Source of the DNA: Nitrospirota bacterium
GTDB taxonomy: Bacteria; Nitrospirota; UBA9217
Direction: 5' to 3'
Assembly (NCBI GenBank): GCA_963796285.1
Contig: CAWCKW010000001.1
Location: 64,001-128,000 of the forward strand
Length of the DNA stretch: 64,000 bases
Shown here: positions 52,366 to 62,304 of the stretch, in pieces
Position numbering within the stretch: position 1 is the stretch's first letter
Layout: each line of letters starts with the position of its first letter
Translations under genes and position numbers: made by a program
Notes under the pieces: generated by a model
What the model was told of the DNA's origin: nothing
The model's input: only the letters and a program-made list of their open reading frames with translations
The model's database searches: none

Positions 52366-53550
52366 GTGAGCGATTCTCCAACAATAAAAAAAGACGTCAT
52401 TATTATCGGTGCCGGCGCCGCCGGCCTCATGTGCGCGATCGAATGCGGCAAACGCGGCCGGTCCGTCCTGGTGATCGACCATGCTGAAAGGACGGGCTCC
52501 AAGATCCGCGTCTCCGGCGGCGGACGATGCAATTTTACGAACCTGCTGGTGACCGCCGACCACTATCTTTCCCGCAACGCCCACTTTTGCAGGTCAGCAC
52601 TTGCACGATTCACGCCCCGCGACATCCTCTCTTTTGTCGAGAACTACCATATCGCCTATTACGAAAAAGAGGCAGGCCAGATGTTCTGCGTCAAGAGCTC
52701 CCGGGAGATCATCACCGCGCTCGAACAGGAGTGCGGCCGGGCAGGCGTGGAGATCCGGCTCACGTGCCGCGTATCGGATATCAGCCGTGCAGGGGTGTTC
52801 ATGGTCACAACGAGCGAAGGGGTGTTCTCATCGGACTCGCTGGTCATTGCCACGGGAGGGCTTTCCTATTCCAAGCTGGGAGCGAGCGGATTCGGGCATG
52901 ATGTGGCAAGGAAGTTCAAACTCAAGGTAACGCAGGTCAGGCCGGCGCTCGTTCCCTTCGTGTTCCAGGGCCTGGACCAAAAGGTCTTCAAGGGACTGGC
53001 AGGCATTGCCTTTGACACCGCTGTTTCCATCGGCAGAAAAAAATATCGCGGGAACATTCTCTTCACCCACCGGGGACTGAGCGGACCCGCCGCGCTCCAG
53101 GCGTCTCTTTATTGGGAGCCCGGTGAGCCTTTGCTGATCGATCTCCTGCCCGCGATAGATATCCATGGAGCTTTTCTGTCCGCGCGGCAGAGCAAGATGG
53201 AGATGCATACCCTGCTCGCAGGACATCTCCCCAAGCGGTTCGTCCAGACCTGGTGCGATCACATGATCATTTCAAAACCGATCAATCAATGTTCTGATAA
53301 AGAGCTGAAGGAGATAGCGGATGGACTTCATGCCTGGGAGATCGTTCCCAAGGGGACCGAGGGGTATGATGTTGCGGAGGTGACTGCGGGCGGCGTGAAC
53401 ACGGACGAGCTGTCTTCTAAGACCATGGAGGCAAAGAAGGTGCCCGGCCTCTATTTCATAGGCGAAGTGGTTGACGTGACCGGATTGCTCGGCGGCTATA
53501 ACCTCCACTGGGCCTGGGCCTCAGGGCATGCTGCGGGACAGATTGCTTAA
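52366..53550 (+). CDS. HI0933/YhiN (BaiN-like) flavoprotein
   Basis: IIGAGAAG, SGGGRCNFTN, LFTHRGLSGP, GGYNLHWAWASG. Confidence 0.92.
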   Translation: MSDSPTIKKDVIIIGAGAAGLMCAIECGKRGRSVLVIDHAERTGSKIRVSGGGRCNFTNLLVTADHYLSRNAHFCRSALARFTPRDILSFVENYHIAYYEKEAGQMFCVKSSREIITALEQECGRAGVEIRLTCRVSDISRAGVFMVTTSEGVFSSDSLVIATGGLSYSKLGASGFGHDVARKFKLKVTQVRPALVPFVFQGLDQKVFKGLAGIAFDTAVSIGRKKYRGNILFTHRGLSGPAALQASLYWEPGEPLLIDLLPAIDIHGAFLSARQSKMEMHTLLAGHLPKRFVQTWCDHMIISKPINQCSDKELKEIADGLHAWEIVPKGTEGYDVAEVTAGGVNTDELSSKTMEAKKVPGLYFIGEVVDVTGLLGGYNLHWAWASGHAAGQIA

Positions 53551-53845
53551 AGGGCAACGTTACTCCAGGTCCATCCTATTTATTCTGCGGAGAATTCGAT
53601 TCTCTTTCTCGCAGCCCGCAGAAAGGTGCACGCGAGCTTCTGAAAAAAACATTGTTGTTCCCGCCTCAAATTATAAGATCAGTTCATCTGCCAATCTGAA
53701 TTTCTCATCTCCGAAGCCACTTGTTTCGATTTTCTTTGACAAGAAGAACGGTAAACTTTAATATTATGAGAACGAGTTTTGGATGCACACTGTGCTCTGT
53801 GCAGGAGCTGAAGTTGTTTCCAACTCTCTACTTGGGAGGTATCCG

Positions 53846-54424
53846 ATGGAAGGTTATCGGTTGCAACAGCTTGCATATCTGGTCATACCTTTGACCGCGG
53901 GCGTGGAATTTTTTCTGACCGCAAAAACGGAGCGCAAGAAAGAGGGAAAAGAGTCTGCCAAGGCAGTTGCCATGGATGCATTCGGATATGTGTTTATCGC
54001 CCTGATACCGGCGCTGTTCCTGTTCACGATCTTCAGTCTTGAGTACAAGCAATTCCCGCAGTTGGTACAGGTCCTTCACCGGCTCGACCGGTACGGTGTC
54101 ATGTTCTTTTTTCTCGGCGCATGGTGGCAGATATTTATGATCACGGCGCTCAGGGCCAGGAGGGTTGCCAGTCAGGGAGGTAAATGCTTTCTTCAGGTAT
54201 GGTGTCCCTACCTTCTGTTCGGCGCATTCATATCAGCCCTGGTCCTCTGGGTGGCCCCCTGGAACCTCATGTGGGTCTCCTTTTTCTGGTTCGTCGCGAG
54301 CTGCGGCGTGTGCGGTCTTGTCAATGTGTCTCCCTCGAAGGTGGCAAAGATATTTATGATATTGACTGTTCTTGTCCTCATCGGCGAAAATATTCTTTTT
54401 ATTATTCTCGACGCGATCGTCTAG
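53846..54424 (+). CDS. Hypothetical multi-pass membrane protein
   Basis: GGGAGG SD; about six hydrophobic segments. Confidence 0.7.
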   Translation: MEGYRLQQLAYLVIPLTAGVEFFLTAKTERKKEGKESAKAVAMDAFGYVFIALIPALFLFTIFSLEYKQFPQLVQVLHRLDRYGVMFFFLGAWWQIFMITALRARRVASQGGKCFLQVWCPYLLFGAFISALVLWVAPWNLMWVSFFWFVASCGVCGLVNVSPSKVAKIFMILTVLVLIGENILFIILDAIV

Positions 54425-54911
54425 CTGGTGTGCCGGAACCCAAGCGCCAGATGGCATGAGAGCGTATCCGCGAGTGCTTCCGATTTGTGAGCAGTAATTT
54501 CCTGAACAACAATCCTGAAAAAATAATCAGTCATCAAGGTTCAGAACAAACAACGTGAACAGTAAATTAGTTGTGCTGTGTTACCTGGGCCCGGACAAAC
54601 GAGAACAAATTTTTTTTTGCTGCCCAACGCGACAGCCTGAACAACGAATCAATTGCTTGGGAAATCATGACCAGCTTTTCGGTGACGGTATTTCAACCTC
54701 ATATTTTTCATTAAACCAGACCAATCAACTCTTCAAAAACACCGTTACGTATATTCGTATTGCAAAAATATGTGCCACTGGCAGGCAGTTTTGATGCTTT
54801 GTTTCATTTCGTCCTTGACTGGCGCTTTTCAAGCAGCGCAGGCATGAAAAAAGCCGCATGGAATGAGATTAATTCGTGTATTTTATTTCGGTATATTATT
54901 TTCGATTTAAT

Positions 54912-54966
54912 TTGACAAACACAACATGTTGTGGCTATAATTACCTCGTTCCACTAAATAGTGTAG
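54912..54966 (+). promoter_or_regulatory. Sigma70 promoter with two NrdR boxes
   Basis: TTGACA(54912)-18 nt-TATAAT(54936); ACACAACATGTTGTGG (54919) and CCACTAAATAGTGTAG (54951), 32 bp apart. Confidence 0.8.
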
Positions 54967-55079
54967 CATCACGGTTTTAAAAACATCAACTATAAAGTTC
55001 ATTTTTTTAAGAGCAGCCTCACGGGTGCTCTTTCAGCGTTTGGGATCAATTCTGATTCAGTTATTAGAGGAGGGGTTTA

Positions 55080-57437
55080 ATGAAGAGTGCGGCTACTGGC
55101 TCCAAGACAGCATCCGGTAAGGGTCTCAATCTTTCCGAGAACTGCCTCAAGGTCCTTGAAAAAAGGTATCTGAAGCGGGACGAGGACGGGACGGTGGTCG
55201 AAACAGCGGTTGATATGTTCACGCGCGTGGCGCGGACCATTGCCGATGGCGACAAGGCCTACGGAAAGTCCGACGCCGATGTGGAGCGGACCGCGACCGA
55301 GTTCTACCGCCTCATGACCTCCCTTGAGTTCCTGCCGAACAGCCCCACGCTTATGAACGCCGGGCGCGAGCTCGGCCAGCTCTCGGCCTGTTTCGTGCTG
55401 CCCGTGGGCGACTCCATGGAGGAGATCTTCGATTCTGTGAAGAACGCGGCGCTCATCCACAAGTCCGGCGGCGGCACGGGCTTCTCTTTCTCCCGCATCC
55501 GGCCGAAGAACGACGTGGTGAAGTCCACGAAGGGTGTTTCCTCTGGTCCCATCTCATTCATGACCGTGTTCGACGCGGCCACCGAGACGGTGAAACAGGG
55601 CGGCACGCGGCGCGGCGCGAACATGGGCATCCTCTCGGTGGACCACCCCGACATCCTCGATTTCGTCACCTGCAAGCAGCAGAATGACCGGCTCAACAAC
55701 TTTAACATCTCCGTTGCCATCACCGACCCCTTCATGGAGGCCGTGGACAGGGATGGCGAGTACGACCTGGTCTCGCCGCGCAGCAGGGCAGTGGTCAAGA
55801 CCCTTTCCGCCCGCCGGGTTTTCGAGACCATCGTGAACATGGCCTGGAAGAACGGCGATCCGGGCATCATCTTCCTCGACCGCATCAACCAGTATAATCC
55901 CACGCCGCACGTGGGTATGGTGGAGTCTACCAACCCCTGCGGTGAGCAGCCGCTGCTGCCCTACGAGTCCTGCAACCTGGGCTCGATCAACCTGGCGAAG
56001 ATGCTTGCGCCCAGTGAGAAGGCAGTGGATTACGACAAGCTCCGCCACACGGTGCAGCAGGCGGTCCACTTTCTCGATAACGTGATCGATGTCAACAAGT
56101 ATCCCCTTGAAAAGATCGGTCAACAGACCCGCGCGAACCGCAAGATCGGCCTAGGGGTCATGGGTTTCGCCGACATGCTGCTTGAGCTGGGTATCCCTTA
56201 CAACTCCGATCAGGCTGTGAAGCTCGGCGAGAGGGTGATGCAGTTCATCACCGACGAGGGCCGGAAGATGAGCGAGGAACTCGCACAAGAGCGAGGGGCC
56301 TTCCCGAACTTCAAGGGCAGTATCTACGACAAGCCCGGGCAGGCTCCTGTCAGGAACGCGACGGTTACGACGATCGCGCCGACCGGGACCCTGTCCATCA
56401 TCGCCGGGTGCTCCAGCGGCATCGAGCCGCTCTTCGGACTCACCTTTGTCCGGAGGGTCATGGACGGCGCGGAACTCCTCGAAGTGAACCCCGTGTTCGA
56501 ACGCGTCGCCAAGGAGGAGGGATTCTATTCCGAAGATCTTATGAAGGAGATTGCCGAGCACGGCGGGTGTACGGGCGTCCGGACGGTCCCCGAGGACGTG
56601 CAGCGCGTGTTCGTGACCGCCCACGACATCACTCCCGAGTGGCACATCCGCATGCAGGCCGCGTTCCAGAAATATACCGATAATGCGGTCTCCAAGACCG
56701 TGAACTTCCCGCACAGCGCCACCCAGGAAGACGTGAAGAAGGTGTACATGATGGCATACAAGCTCGGCTGCAAGGGCGTGACCATCTACCGCGACGGGTC
56801 GCGTGACGAACAGGTGCTCAGCACCGGCGCCACGGAGAAGGCGCGCAAGGCAATTGCCGCGGGCCAGCACGTTACCGTTGCCTCGGCCTCGCCCGAATTG
56901 GCCGAAGAAAAAAAGCCACGGAACCGTCCGGCGCTCACCCATGGGGTCACCCAGAAGCTTCCCACGGGCTGCGGAAACCTCTATATCACCATCAACGAGG
57001 ACGAGGAGGGCATCTGCGAGGTCTTCTCGACCATGGGCAAGTCCGGCGGGTGCGCCGCCAGCCAGTCCGAGGCCGTCTCCCGCATGGTCTCTCTCGCGCT
57101 CCGTTCGGGGATCTCCATTGATTCCATCATCAAGCAGGTGAAGGGCATCCGGTGTCCCTCACCGGCCTGGGGCGAGGGCGGATCGATCCTGTCCTGCCCC
57201 GATGCCATTGCCAGAGCGCTCGAGCGCTATACCAAGGACGCCGCGGGCCACCAGCACTCAACACCCAGGGCTGTCTCAGTGCAACCAACGGTTGCCTATA
57301 CCTCCACCGATTGCTCGAAAGGCGGAAACAAGAACCACCTGGGCCTCTGCCCGGAATGCCCGGACTGTGGCGGCCTGCTTGAATTTGGAGAAGGCTGCGC
57401 CTTCTGCCGGGGGTGCGGGTTCTCCAAGTGCGGATAG
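55080..57437 (+). CDS. nrdJ: Class II (B12-dependent) ribonucleotide reductase with C-terminal TSCPD/zinc-ribbon domain
   Basis: PNSPTLMNAG, LSACF, TNPCGEQ, CNLGSINL, APTGTLS, LSCPDA, CPDC..CRGCGFSKC. Confidence 0.93.
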   Translation: MKSAATGSKTASGKGLNLSENCLKVLEKRYLKRDEDGTVVETAVDMFTRVARTIADGDKAYGKSDADVERTATEFYRLMTSLEFLPNSPTLMNAGRELGQLSACFVLPVGDSMEEIFDSVKNAALIHKSGGGTGFSFSRIRPKNDVVKSTKGVSSGPISFMTVFDAATETVKQGGTRRGANMGILSVDHPDILDFVTCKQQNDRLNNFNISVAITDPFMEAVDRDGEYDLVSPRSRAVVKTLSARRVFETIVNMAWKNGDPGIIFLDRINQYNPTPHVGMVESTNPCGEQPLLPYESCNLGSINLAKMLAPSEKAVDYDKLRHTVQQAVHFLDNVIDVNKYPLEKIGQQTRANRKIGLGVMGFADMLLELGIPYNSDQAVKLGERVMQFITDEGRKMSEELAQERGAFPNFKGSIYDKPGQAPVRNATVTTIAPTGTLSIIAGCSSGIEPLFGLTFVRRVMDGAELLEVNPVFERVAKEEGFYSEDLMKEIAEHGGCTGVRTVPEDVQRVFVTAHDITPEWHIRMQAAFQKYTDNAVSKTVNFPHSATQEDVKKVYMMAYKLGCKGVTIYRDGSRDEQVLSTGATEKARKAIAAGQHVTVASASPELAEEKKPRNRPALTHGVTQKLPTGCGNLYITINEDEEGICEVFSTMGKSGGCAASQSEAVSRMVSLALRSGISIDSIIKQVKGIRCPSPAWGEGGSILSCPDAIARALERYTKDAAGHQHSTPRAVSVQPTVAYTSTDCSKGGNKNHLGLCPECPDCGGLLEFGEGCAFCRGCGFSKCG

Positions 57438-57444
57438 TAACCCC

Positions 57445-57540
57445 GTGCGGAATGCGGATTTTGGAATGCAGAACATAACATCAACCCCCCTGGTCGTACA
57501 ACCGGAGGTAGCGTGAGACAAACGATTTCCTTCCGCATTT
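57445..57540. repeat. Heptamer-periodic element after nrdJ with internal hairpin
   Basis: gtgcgga-atgcgga-ttttgga-atgcaga vs ttccttccgcatt. Confidence 0.6.
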
Positions 57541-57578
57541 TATCCGATAAAGGGCAGTGCGAGGTACGTTAACAACTG

Positions 57579-57605
57579 ACGGGAGAATTTTCTCCCGTTT
57601 TTTTT
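57579..57605 (+). terminator. Intrinsic terminator
   Basis: ACGGGAGA-attt-TCTCCCGT plus T-tract. Confidence 0.8.
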
Positions 57606-57682
57606 AATGGAGATGATTGTTGTTTTCATGTTCTGATGACCATCCAAATGTGCCATAACATTATGAATTTAAAGGAGATTAT

Positions 57683-57874
57683 ATGACTCTTGATGAGGTG
57701 ATACTGGAACTTTACCGACTGGCCGAGTCAAAGAACTGGGACCACAAACTTACTGATGAGGCATTGTCAGCGGCGATCGAGGGCATGGAGCATATCTGGG
57801 AGCTCAATCAGGCGGACATGAGAAAGAACGCGATGATCAACGCGAACAAAAAAGAGCCTCGGGTTTGGTGTTAG
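57683..57874 (+). CDS. Hypothetical 63-aa protein
   Basis: AAAGGAG SD; helical composition. Confidence 0.55.
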   Translation: MTLDEVILELYRLAESKNWDHKLTDEALSAAIEGMEHIWELNQADMRKNAMINANKKEPRVWC

Positions 57875-58062
57875 CCCTGTTTTTTGCACAAAAAACTTGA
57901 CATTTGATGAAGATGATTCTACATTAAGAAAAACAATATTCTGCCGTGGAACACGAGTTGTCTGCTCCCAACGTATTTCATCGAGAAAAGATTCCACATA
58001 GCCAGTACCGCCATTCAGCCCGTGCAAGCACGGGTTATCAGCTTAAAAGGAGGGGAACGCGT

Positions 58063-58416
58063 ATGGGTATCGAGAGGATCGTACAGTATGAGTGCAAGGT
58101 GTGCGGCAGAAAGATAGATGTGACGAGGACTGGTGATATGTATGAGGAACCGGTATTTTGCTGTGGTCTGGAAACGTCTGAGGTCAGCGTAGCGTCCGCT
58201 CCGCCGGCAGCGCCCGCAGTCAGGAAAAAACCGGCAAAGAAGAAACCAGCGAAGAAAAAAGCCGTAAAAAAGGCGGCGAAGAAGCCGGTGAAAAAGAAAG
58301 CCGCAAAAAAGGCGGCCAAAAAGGCTGTGAAGAAAAAAGCAACGAAGAAAAAGGCGACAAAGAAGAAAGCGACAAAAAAGAAGGCGGCAAAAAAGAAAGC
58401 CAAGAAAAGAAGATAA
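58063..58416 (+). CDS. Desulforedoxin-like (CxxC...CC) domain fused to a histone-H1-like Lys/Ala tail
   Basis: AGGAGG SD; YECKVCG...PVFCCG; about 13 KKKA(T/V/A)-type repeats. Confidence 0.8.
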   Translation: MGIERIVQYECKVCGRKIDVTRTGDMYEEPVFCCGLETSEVSVASAPPAAPAVRKKPAKKKPAKKKAVKKAAKKPVKKKAAKKAAKKAVKKKATKKKATKKKATKKKAAKKKAKKRR

Positions 58417-58441
58417 CCGATTACTTTAATATTTATCATGG

Positions 58442-58477
58442 GGCCCCCGGAAGCAGAGTTTCCGGGGGCCTTTTTTG
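58442..58477 (+). terminator. Intrinsic terminator
   Basis: GGCCCCCGGAA...TTCCGGGGGCC plus T6. Confidence 0.85.
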
Positions 58478-58549
58478 TTTTCAGCCGATCGGGAGAACGC
58501 TCTCATAAAACTGTTGACTTATCCGTCAGCAGGCTTTAGGATTTAGTCC

Positions 58550-59326
58550 ATGCACGACAGAGAACATATGGAGCATCATATCCGGAAGCTGAGCGGCCGC
58601 GCCATCGGCGATTTCGGCCTGATAGAGGACCATGACCGGATCCTGGTTGCCCTGTCAGGCGGCAAGGACAGCTGGACGCTGCTTCATGTACTGGAAAGCC
58701 TGCGGCGGCGGGCGCCGGTCAGTTTTTCTCTTATCGCCGTCACCGTGCATCCGGGTTTCCCGGGGTTTCAGACCGGACTCATGGAAGAGTATCTTCGTGC
58801 CCATGACGTCGAGTATCGGATCATCTCTGCGCCCATTCACGAACTCATGCTCGAAAAACTCACGCCGGACGATACCCCCTGTGCGCTCTGCGCCCGAATC
58901 AGGCGCGGGGTTTTGTACACCCAGGCGCGTGAACTCGGATGCACCAAGATCGCCCTTGGACACCATCGCGAGGACTTCATCGAGACGCTGCTTCTGAACC
59001 AGTTTTATAACGGCAAGATCAAGGCCATGGCCCCACGCCTGATTGCCGATAACGGGCTGGACGTCGTCATTCGGCCGCTCGTCTACGTGCCCGAAGATGA
59101 TATCATTCGCTATGCCGCGAGTGCGGGTTTCCCCATAGCCTGCTGCGCCTGTCCTGCCTGCGGGGACACGGATATGAAGCGCGGGAAGATAAAAACGCTG
59201 CTGGCCGGCCTTGAGCAGGGGCATCCGGGGATCAAGGCCAGTCTGCTTGCTGCGCTCGCGGACGTGGAACACCGGCATCTGTTGGTGAAGTCGAGCGACG
59301 CGCTGCGGGTGACGACAGACACGTGA
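58550..59326 (+). CDS. ttcA: tRNA 2-thiocytidine(32) synthetase
   Basis: SGGKDS PP-loop, CALCARIRRG, LGHHREDFIET, VIRPL, CPAC. Confidence 0.9.
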   Translation: MHDREHMEHHIRKLSGRAIGDFGLIEDHDRILVALSGGKDSWTLLHVLESLRRRAPVSFSLIAVTVHPGFPGFQTGLMEEYLRAHDVEYRIISAPIHELMLEKLTPDDTPCALCARIRRGVLYTQARELGCTKIALGHHREDFIETLLLNQFYNGKIKAMAPRLIADNGLDVVIRPLVYVPEDDIIRYAASAGFPIACCACPACGDTDMKRGKIKTLLAGLEQGHPGIKASLLAALADVEHRHLLVKSSDALRVTTDT

Positions 59327-59536
59327 CGATTTCGTGAACGACCGTACACCCTTTGCTGCCGGACGTAAGTTCACTTCTCCTCTGCGGGGGACCTGGGATG
59401 GTATGCCTCGGCTCTGAAAGTACTACACGCGGGCAATGCGATAACGCCTCAAAAATCATTGACATTCTCTGCGCCTGAGGCATATAATTCTCCACAGGTC
59501 TGTGTTTCTTAGTACGTCTCATCCCCGGGGGTTCGC

Positions 59537-60248
59537 ATGGTCGAGGTCAAGAAAAAGCTTGGTGATATGCTTAAGGACGCCGGTATCGTCGACGATTTCC
59601 AGCTCCAGACAGCGCTTTCCCACCAGCGTAGCTGGGGGGGGAAACTGGGCGCGATCCTTATCGAATTGGATTTCGTCGAAGGAAGAGCAACTGGCCAGGG
59701 TGATCTCGGATAAATTACGGATCCCCTATGTCAATCTCTTCGAGCCCGAGGTCCCCCAAGCTGTAATCAAGCTGATCAAGCCCGAGATTGCAAAAAAATA
59801 TCATGTGATGCCTGCGAAGAAAGAAGGGGGGGCGCTGGTCCTGGCGATGCTGGACCCCCTCGATATCGAGGCGATGGACGAGATCCGTTTTATCACCGGG
59901 CTTAGTATCAAACCGTCGCTGGCACTGGAGTCCGAGATCAAGGACGCCATCAGGAAATACTATGACGGTGAAGACGTGGCCCGCAAACAGGCGACAACGC
60001 CTTTTTACCACCGGGAACACGACTCAGGCGGGAAGATGGAGGTCATCCACGGAAGCGATCTTAACATGCCGAAGGCGTTCACGTCTGATGCGTCGTCTCC
60101 AATCCTCTCCCGGGAGGACACCGCGCAACAGTCTCTGGACGACAACAGGCTGCGGCTCGATGCCCTCATCGCCCTGCTGATCGAGAAAGAGCTGATCACG
60201 CGCGAAGAGCTCATGAGCATGATCTATCATAAGAAAATGGGTGTTTAA
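59537..60248 (+). CDS. Stand-alone MshEN/GspE N-terminal domain protein (frameshift near 59682)
   Basis: KKLGDMLKDAGIVDDFQLQTALSHQ..GKLGAILIELDFV, then LVLAMLDPLD; no ATPase domain. Confidence 0.78.
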
Positions 60249-60332
60249 GGTGATGGTTGGTGAATGCGGACCCCGGGTTTGCCAAATGACGGGTCGGATT
60301 GCAGCTAATAGCGAACAGGGCGGGGGTGAAGT

Positions 60333-60728
60333 ATGAAGCGGATAGTTCTGATGGGCATGGTAATGGTTGGCGTGCTGTGCGCTGGACCACTGGCGGCCCT
60401 TGACTACAACGGGCCGAGGATCGAGATCAAGGAATTGCGCTACGATTTAGGCAAGGTTGCCCAGGATACGCAGGTCTCGCAAATATTCGAGGTCAAGAAC
60501 GTTGGCAGCGAGCAATTAATCATAGAAAAAGTCCAGACTTCCTGAGGCTGTACCGCAGCGGTGATCAGTTCCGATCACCTGGAGCCGGGGGCAGTAGGAC
60601 GCGTGCAGGCGACAGTGAACACGGGCAGCAACAATGGGCGTATTTCGAAACACATAAGCATTTATTCCAATGACCGCACCCAGCCGGTACTTTCGGTGGA
60701 AGTGACCATGGATGTGGTGAAAAAGTAG
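60333..60728 (+). CDS. Exported DUF1573 (Ig-like) selenoprotein (Sec at UGA 60543-60545)
   Basis: Signal peptide; YDLGKV..FEVKNVG..LIIEKVQTS-U-GCTAA..LEPG..ISKHISIYSND; the family normally has SCGC here. Confidence 0.85.
60560..60579 (+). promoter_or_regulatory. SECIS-like hairpin
   Basis: GGUGAUC-[AGUUCC]-GAUCACC with loop G23/U24 counted from UGA. Confidence 0.75.
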
Positions 60729-61038
60729 CACAATTTCAACCCTAAGCCTTCACCACTCTGTGAGGGGAGCAGGCCTCACTATTTTCTTGACAATTTTCCG
60801 CTGCCTATGCTACTGTCAGGTGGTTTTTGGCCGGAATTATCATAAAGAGAGGCACGTATTACCTTGAAACAGCACAGACATCCGCACTATCCCAGCGACA
60901 CGCCAACCCCTGGCATAGGTCCCGTCACGGCGAGACACTAATATTCGTCGTTCATAATCATTGCTAACGATACCGCGCTTACATTAAACGAGAGAAAACT
61001 GACGGACGTATTGTCTAAAAAATTTGGAGGGTATACCT

Positions 61039-62175
61039 ATGCAGAAAAAATATCTTTTAGCCCCCGGCCCGACCCCGGTTCCCCCTGAGGCGCTGCTGGC
61101 CATGGCTATGCCGATCATTCACCACCGTGCGCCGGATTTTCTGCCGGTCCTCGATTCCGCGAAGAAAGGCCTGCAGTGGCTCTATCAGACAAAGAACGAT
61201 GTGCTGATCCTGTGCGCCACCGGCACCGGCGGGATGGAAGGCTCGGTCACGAACTTTCTCTGCCCCGGCGACGACGTGCTCGTGATCAATGGCGGTAAGT
61301 TCGGCGAACGCTGGACCAAGATCTGCCAGGCCTACGGCATGAAGGTCGAGGAACTCATCGTGGAGTGGGGCTATGCCGTAAAGGCCGAGCAGGTCGAGGC
61401 CGCGCTCAAGAAGAACCCGAAGATCAAGGCCGTGTTCGTCCAGGCCAATGAGACATCAACGGGGGTCTACCACGATGTCAAGTCCCTTGCAACCGTCGTC
61501 AAAAAGACCGATGCGCTCTTTGTCGTTGACGCGATCTCGGCGCTTGTGGCGCATGATATCAAGGCCGACGAGTGGGGCATCGACGTGATGATCGGCGGTT
61601 CCCAGAAAGGCGTGATGCTTCCTCCGGGACTCGCGTTCGTGTCCGTGAGCGACAAGGCCTGGAAGATGGCCGATACGGCCAAGACGCCGAAGTTCTATTT
61701 CAACTTCAAGAAAGAGCGCGAGAACCTTGCCAAGAACCAGACGAACTTCACCTCGGCGGTGACGCTCATCATCGGTTTGAACGCCAGCATCAAGATGCTC
61801 CAGGACGAGGGGCTGCAGAACGTGTTTGCGCGCCATGAGAAACTCGCGAGGGCAACGCGCGCAGGTGCAGCGGCCCTTGGGCTCAAGCTCTTCCCCAAGG
61901 AAAGCCCGAGCAATGCGCTCACGGCCATCGAGGCGCCGGCAGGTGTTGACGGGCAGGCGATCTATAAGGATTTGCGCGTAAAGTACGGCATCACCGGCGC
62001 AGGCGGCCAGGACAAGCTGAAGGGCAAGATTTTCCGCATCGCACACCTGGGCTATGCCGACACGTTCGACGTGATCACGGCCGTGGCCGGCATCGAGATG
62101 GTACTGAAGGGTCTGGGCCACCCGGTGAAGCTCGGTACAGGCGTCGGCGCGGCGCAGGAAATATTGATGAAGTAA
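61039..62175 (+). CDS. Class V PLP aminotransferase (alanine-glyoxylate family), probable phosphoserine aminotransferase
   Basis: PGPTPVP, NETSTGV, VDAIS, GSQKGVMLPPG; directly upstream of serA. Confidence 0.88.
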   Translation: MQKKYLLAPGPTPVPPEALLAMAMPIIHHRAPDFLPVLDSAKKGLQWLYQTKNDVLILCATGTGGMEGSVTNFLCPGDDVLVINGGKFGERWTKICQAYGMKVEELIVEWGYAVKAEQVEAALKKNPKIKAVFVQANETSTGVYHDVKSLATVVKKTDALFVVDAISALVAHDIKADEWGIDVMIGGSQKGVMLPPGLAFVSVSDKAWKMADTAKTPKFYFNFKKERENLAKNQTNFTSAVTLIIGLNASIKMLQDEGLQNVFARHEKLARATRAGAAALGLKLFPKESPSNALTAIEAPAGVDGQAIYKDLRVKYGITGAGGQDKLKGKIFRIAHLGYADTFDVITAVAGIEMVLKGLGHPVKLGTGVGAAQEILMK

Positions 62176-62183
62176 AGATACAT

Positions 62184-62282
62184 TTTTACCACGGAGGCAC
62201 GGAGACACGGAGAAGAGCAGTTACGCGATCTGTGTCTATTGTCTAACGCCTTTCTCTGTGACTCCGTGTCTCTGTGGTGAAA
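62184..62282. repeat. Empty 8/9-mer-periodic inverted-repeat element
   Basis: ttttaccacggaggcacggagacacggagaa vs ttctctgtgactccgtgtctctgtggtgaaa. Confidence 0.85.
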
Positions 62283-62304
62283 TTTCAGGTTTTTGGAGGA
62301 ATTC

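Noticed and set aside
54430-55070. Cobalamin riboswitch or sigma54 promoter before nrdJ
   Set aside because: No B12-box is recognisable; the NrdR boxes and sigma70 promoter explain the proximal region
58220-58410. 15-nt periodic AAG/AAA-GCN repeats as a CRISPR array or satellite
   Set aside because: They encode the KKKA peptide repeats; no spacers and no cas genes
60840-61030. Leader peptide or riboswitch before the serC-like gene and serA
   Set aside because: The short ORF (TTG AAA CAG...TAA) is not Ser-rich and no known aptamer is recognisable
42494-62282. Junction hairpins as ordinary intrinsic terminators
   Set aside because: Long periodic arms, 30-60-nt AT-rich spacers, positions inside operons and mostly no U-tract, unlike the true terminators at 4428, 31761 and 58442
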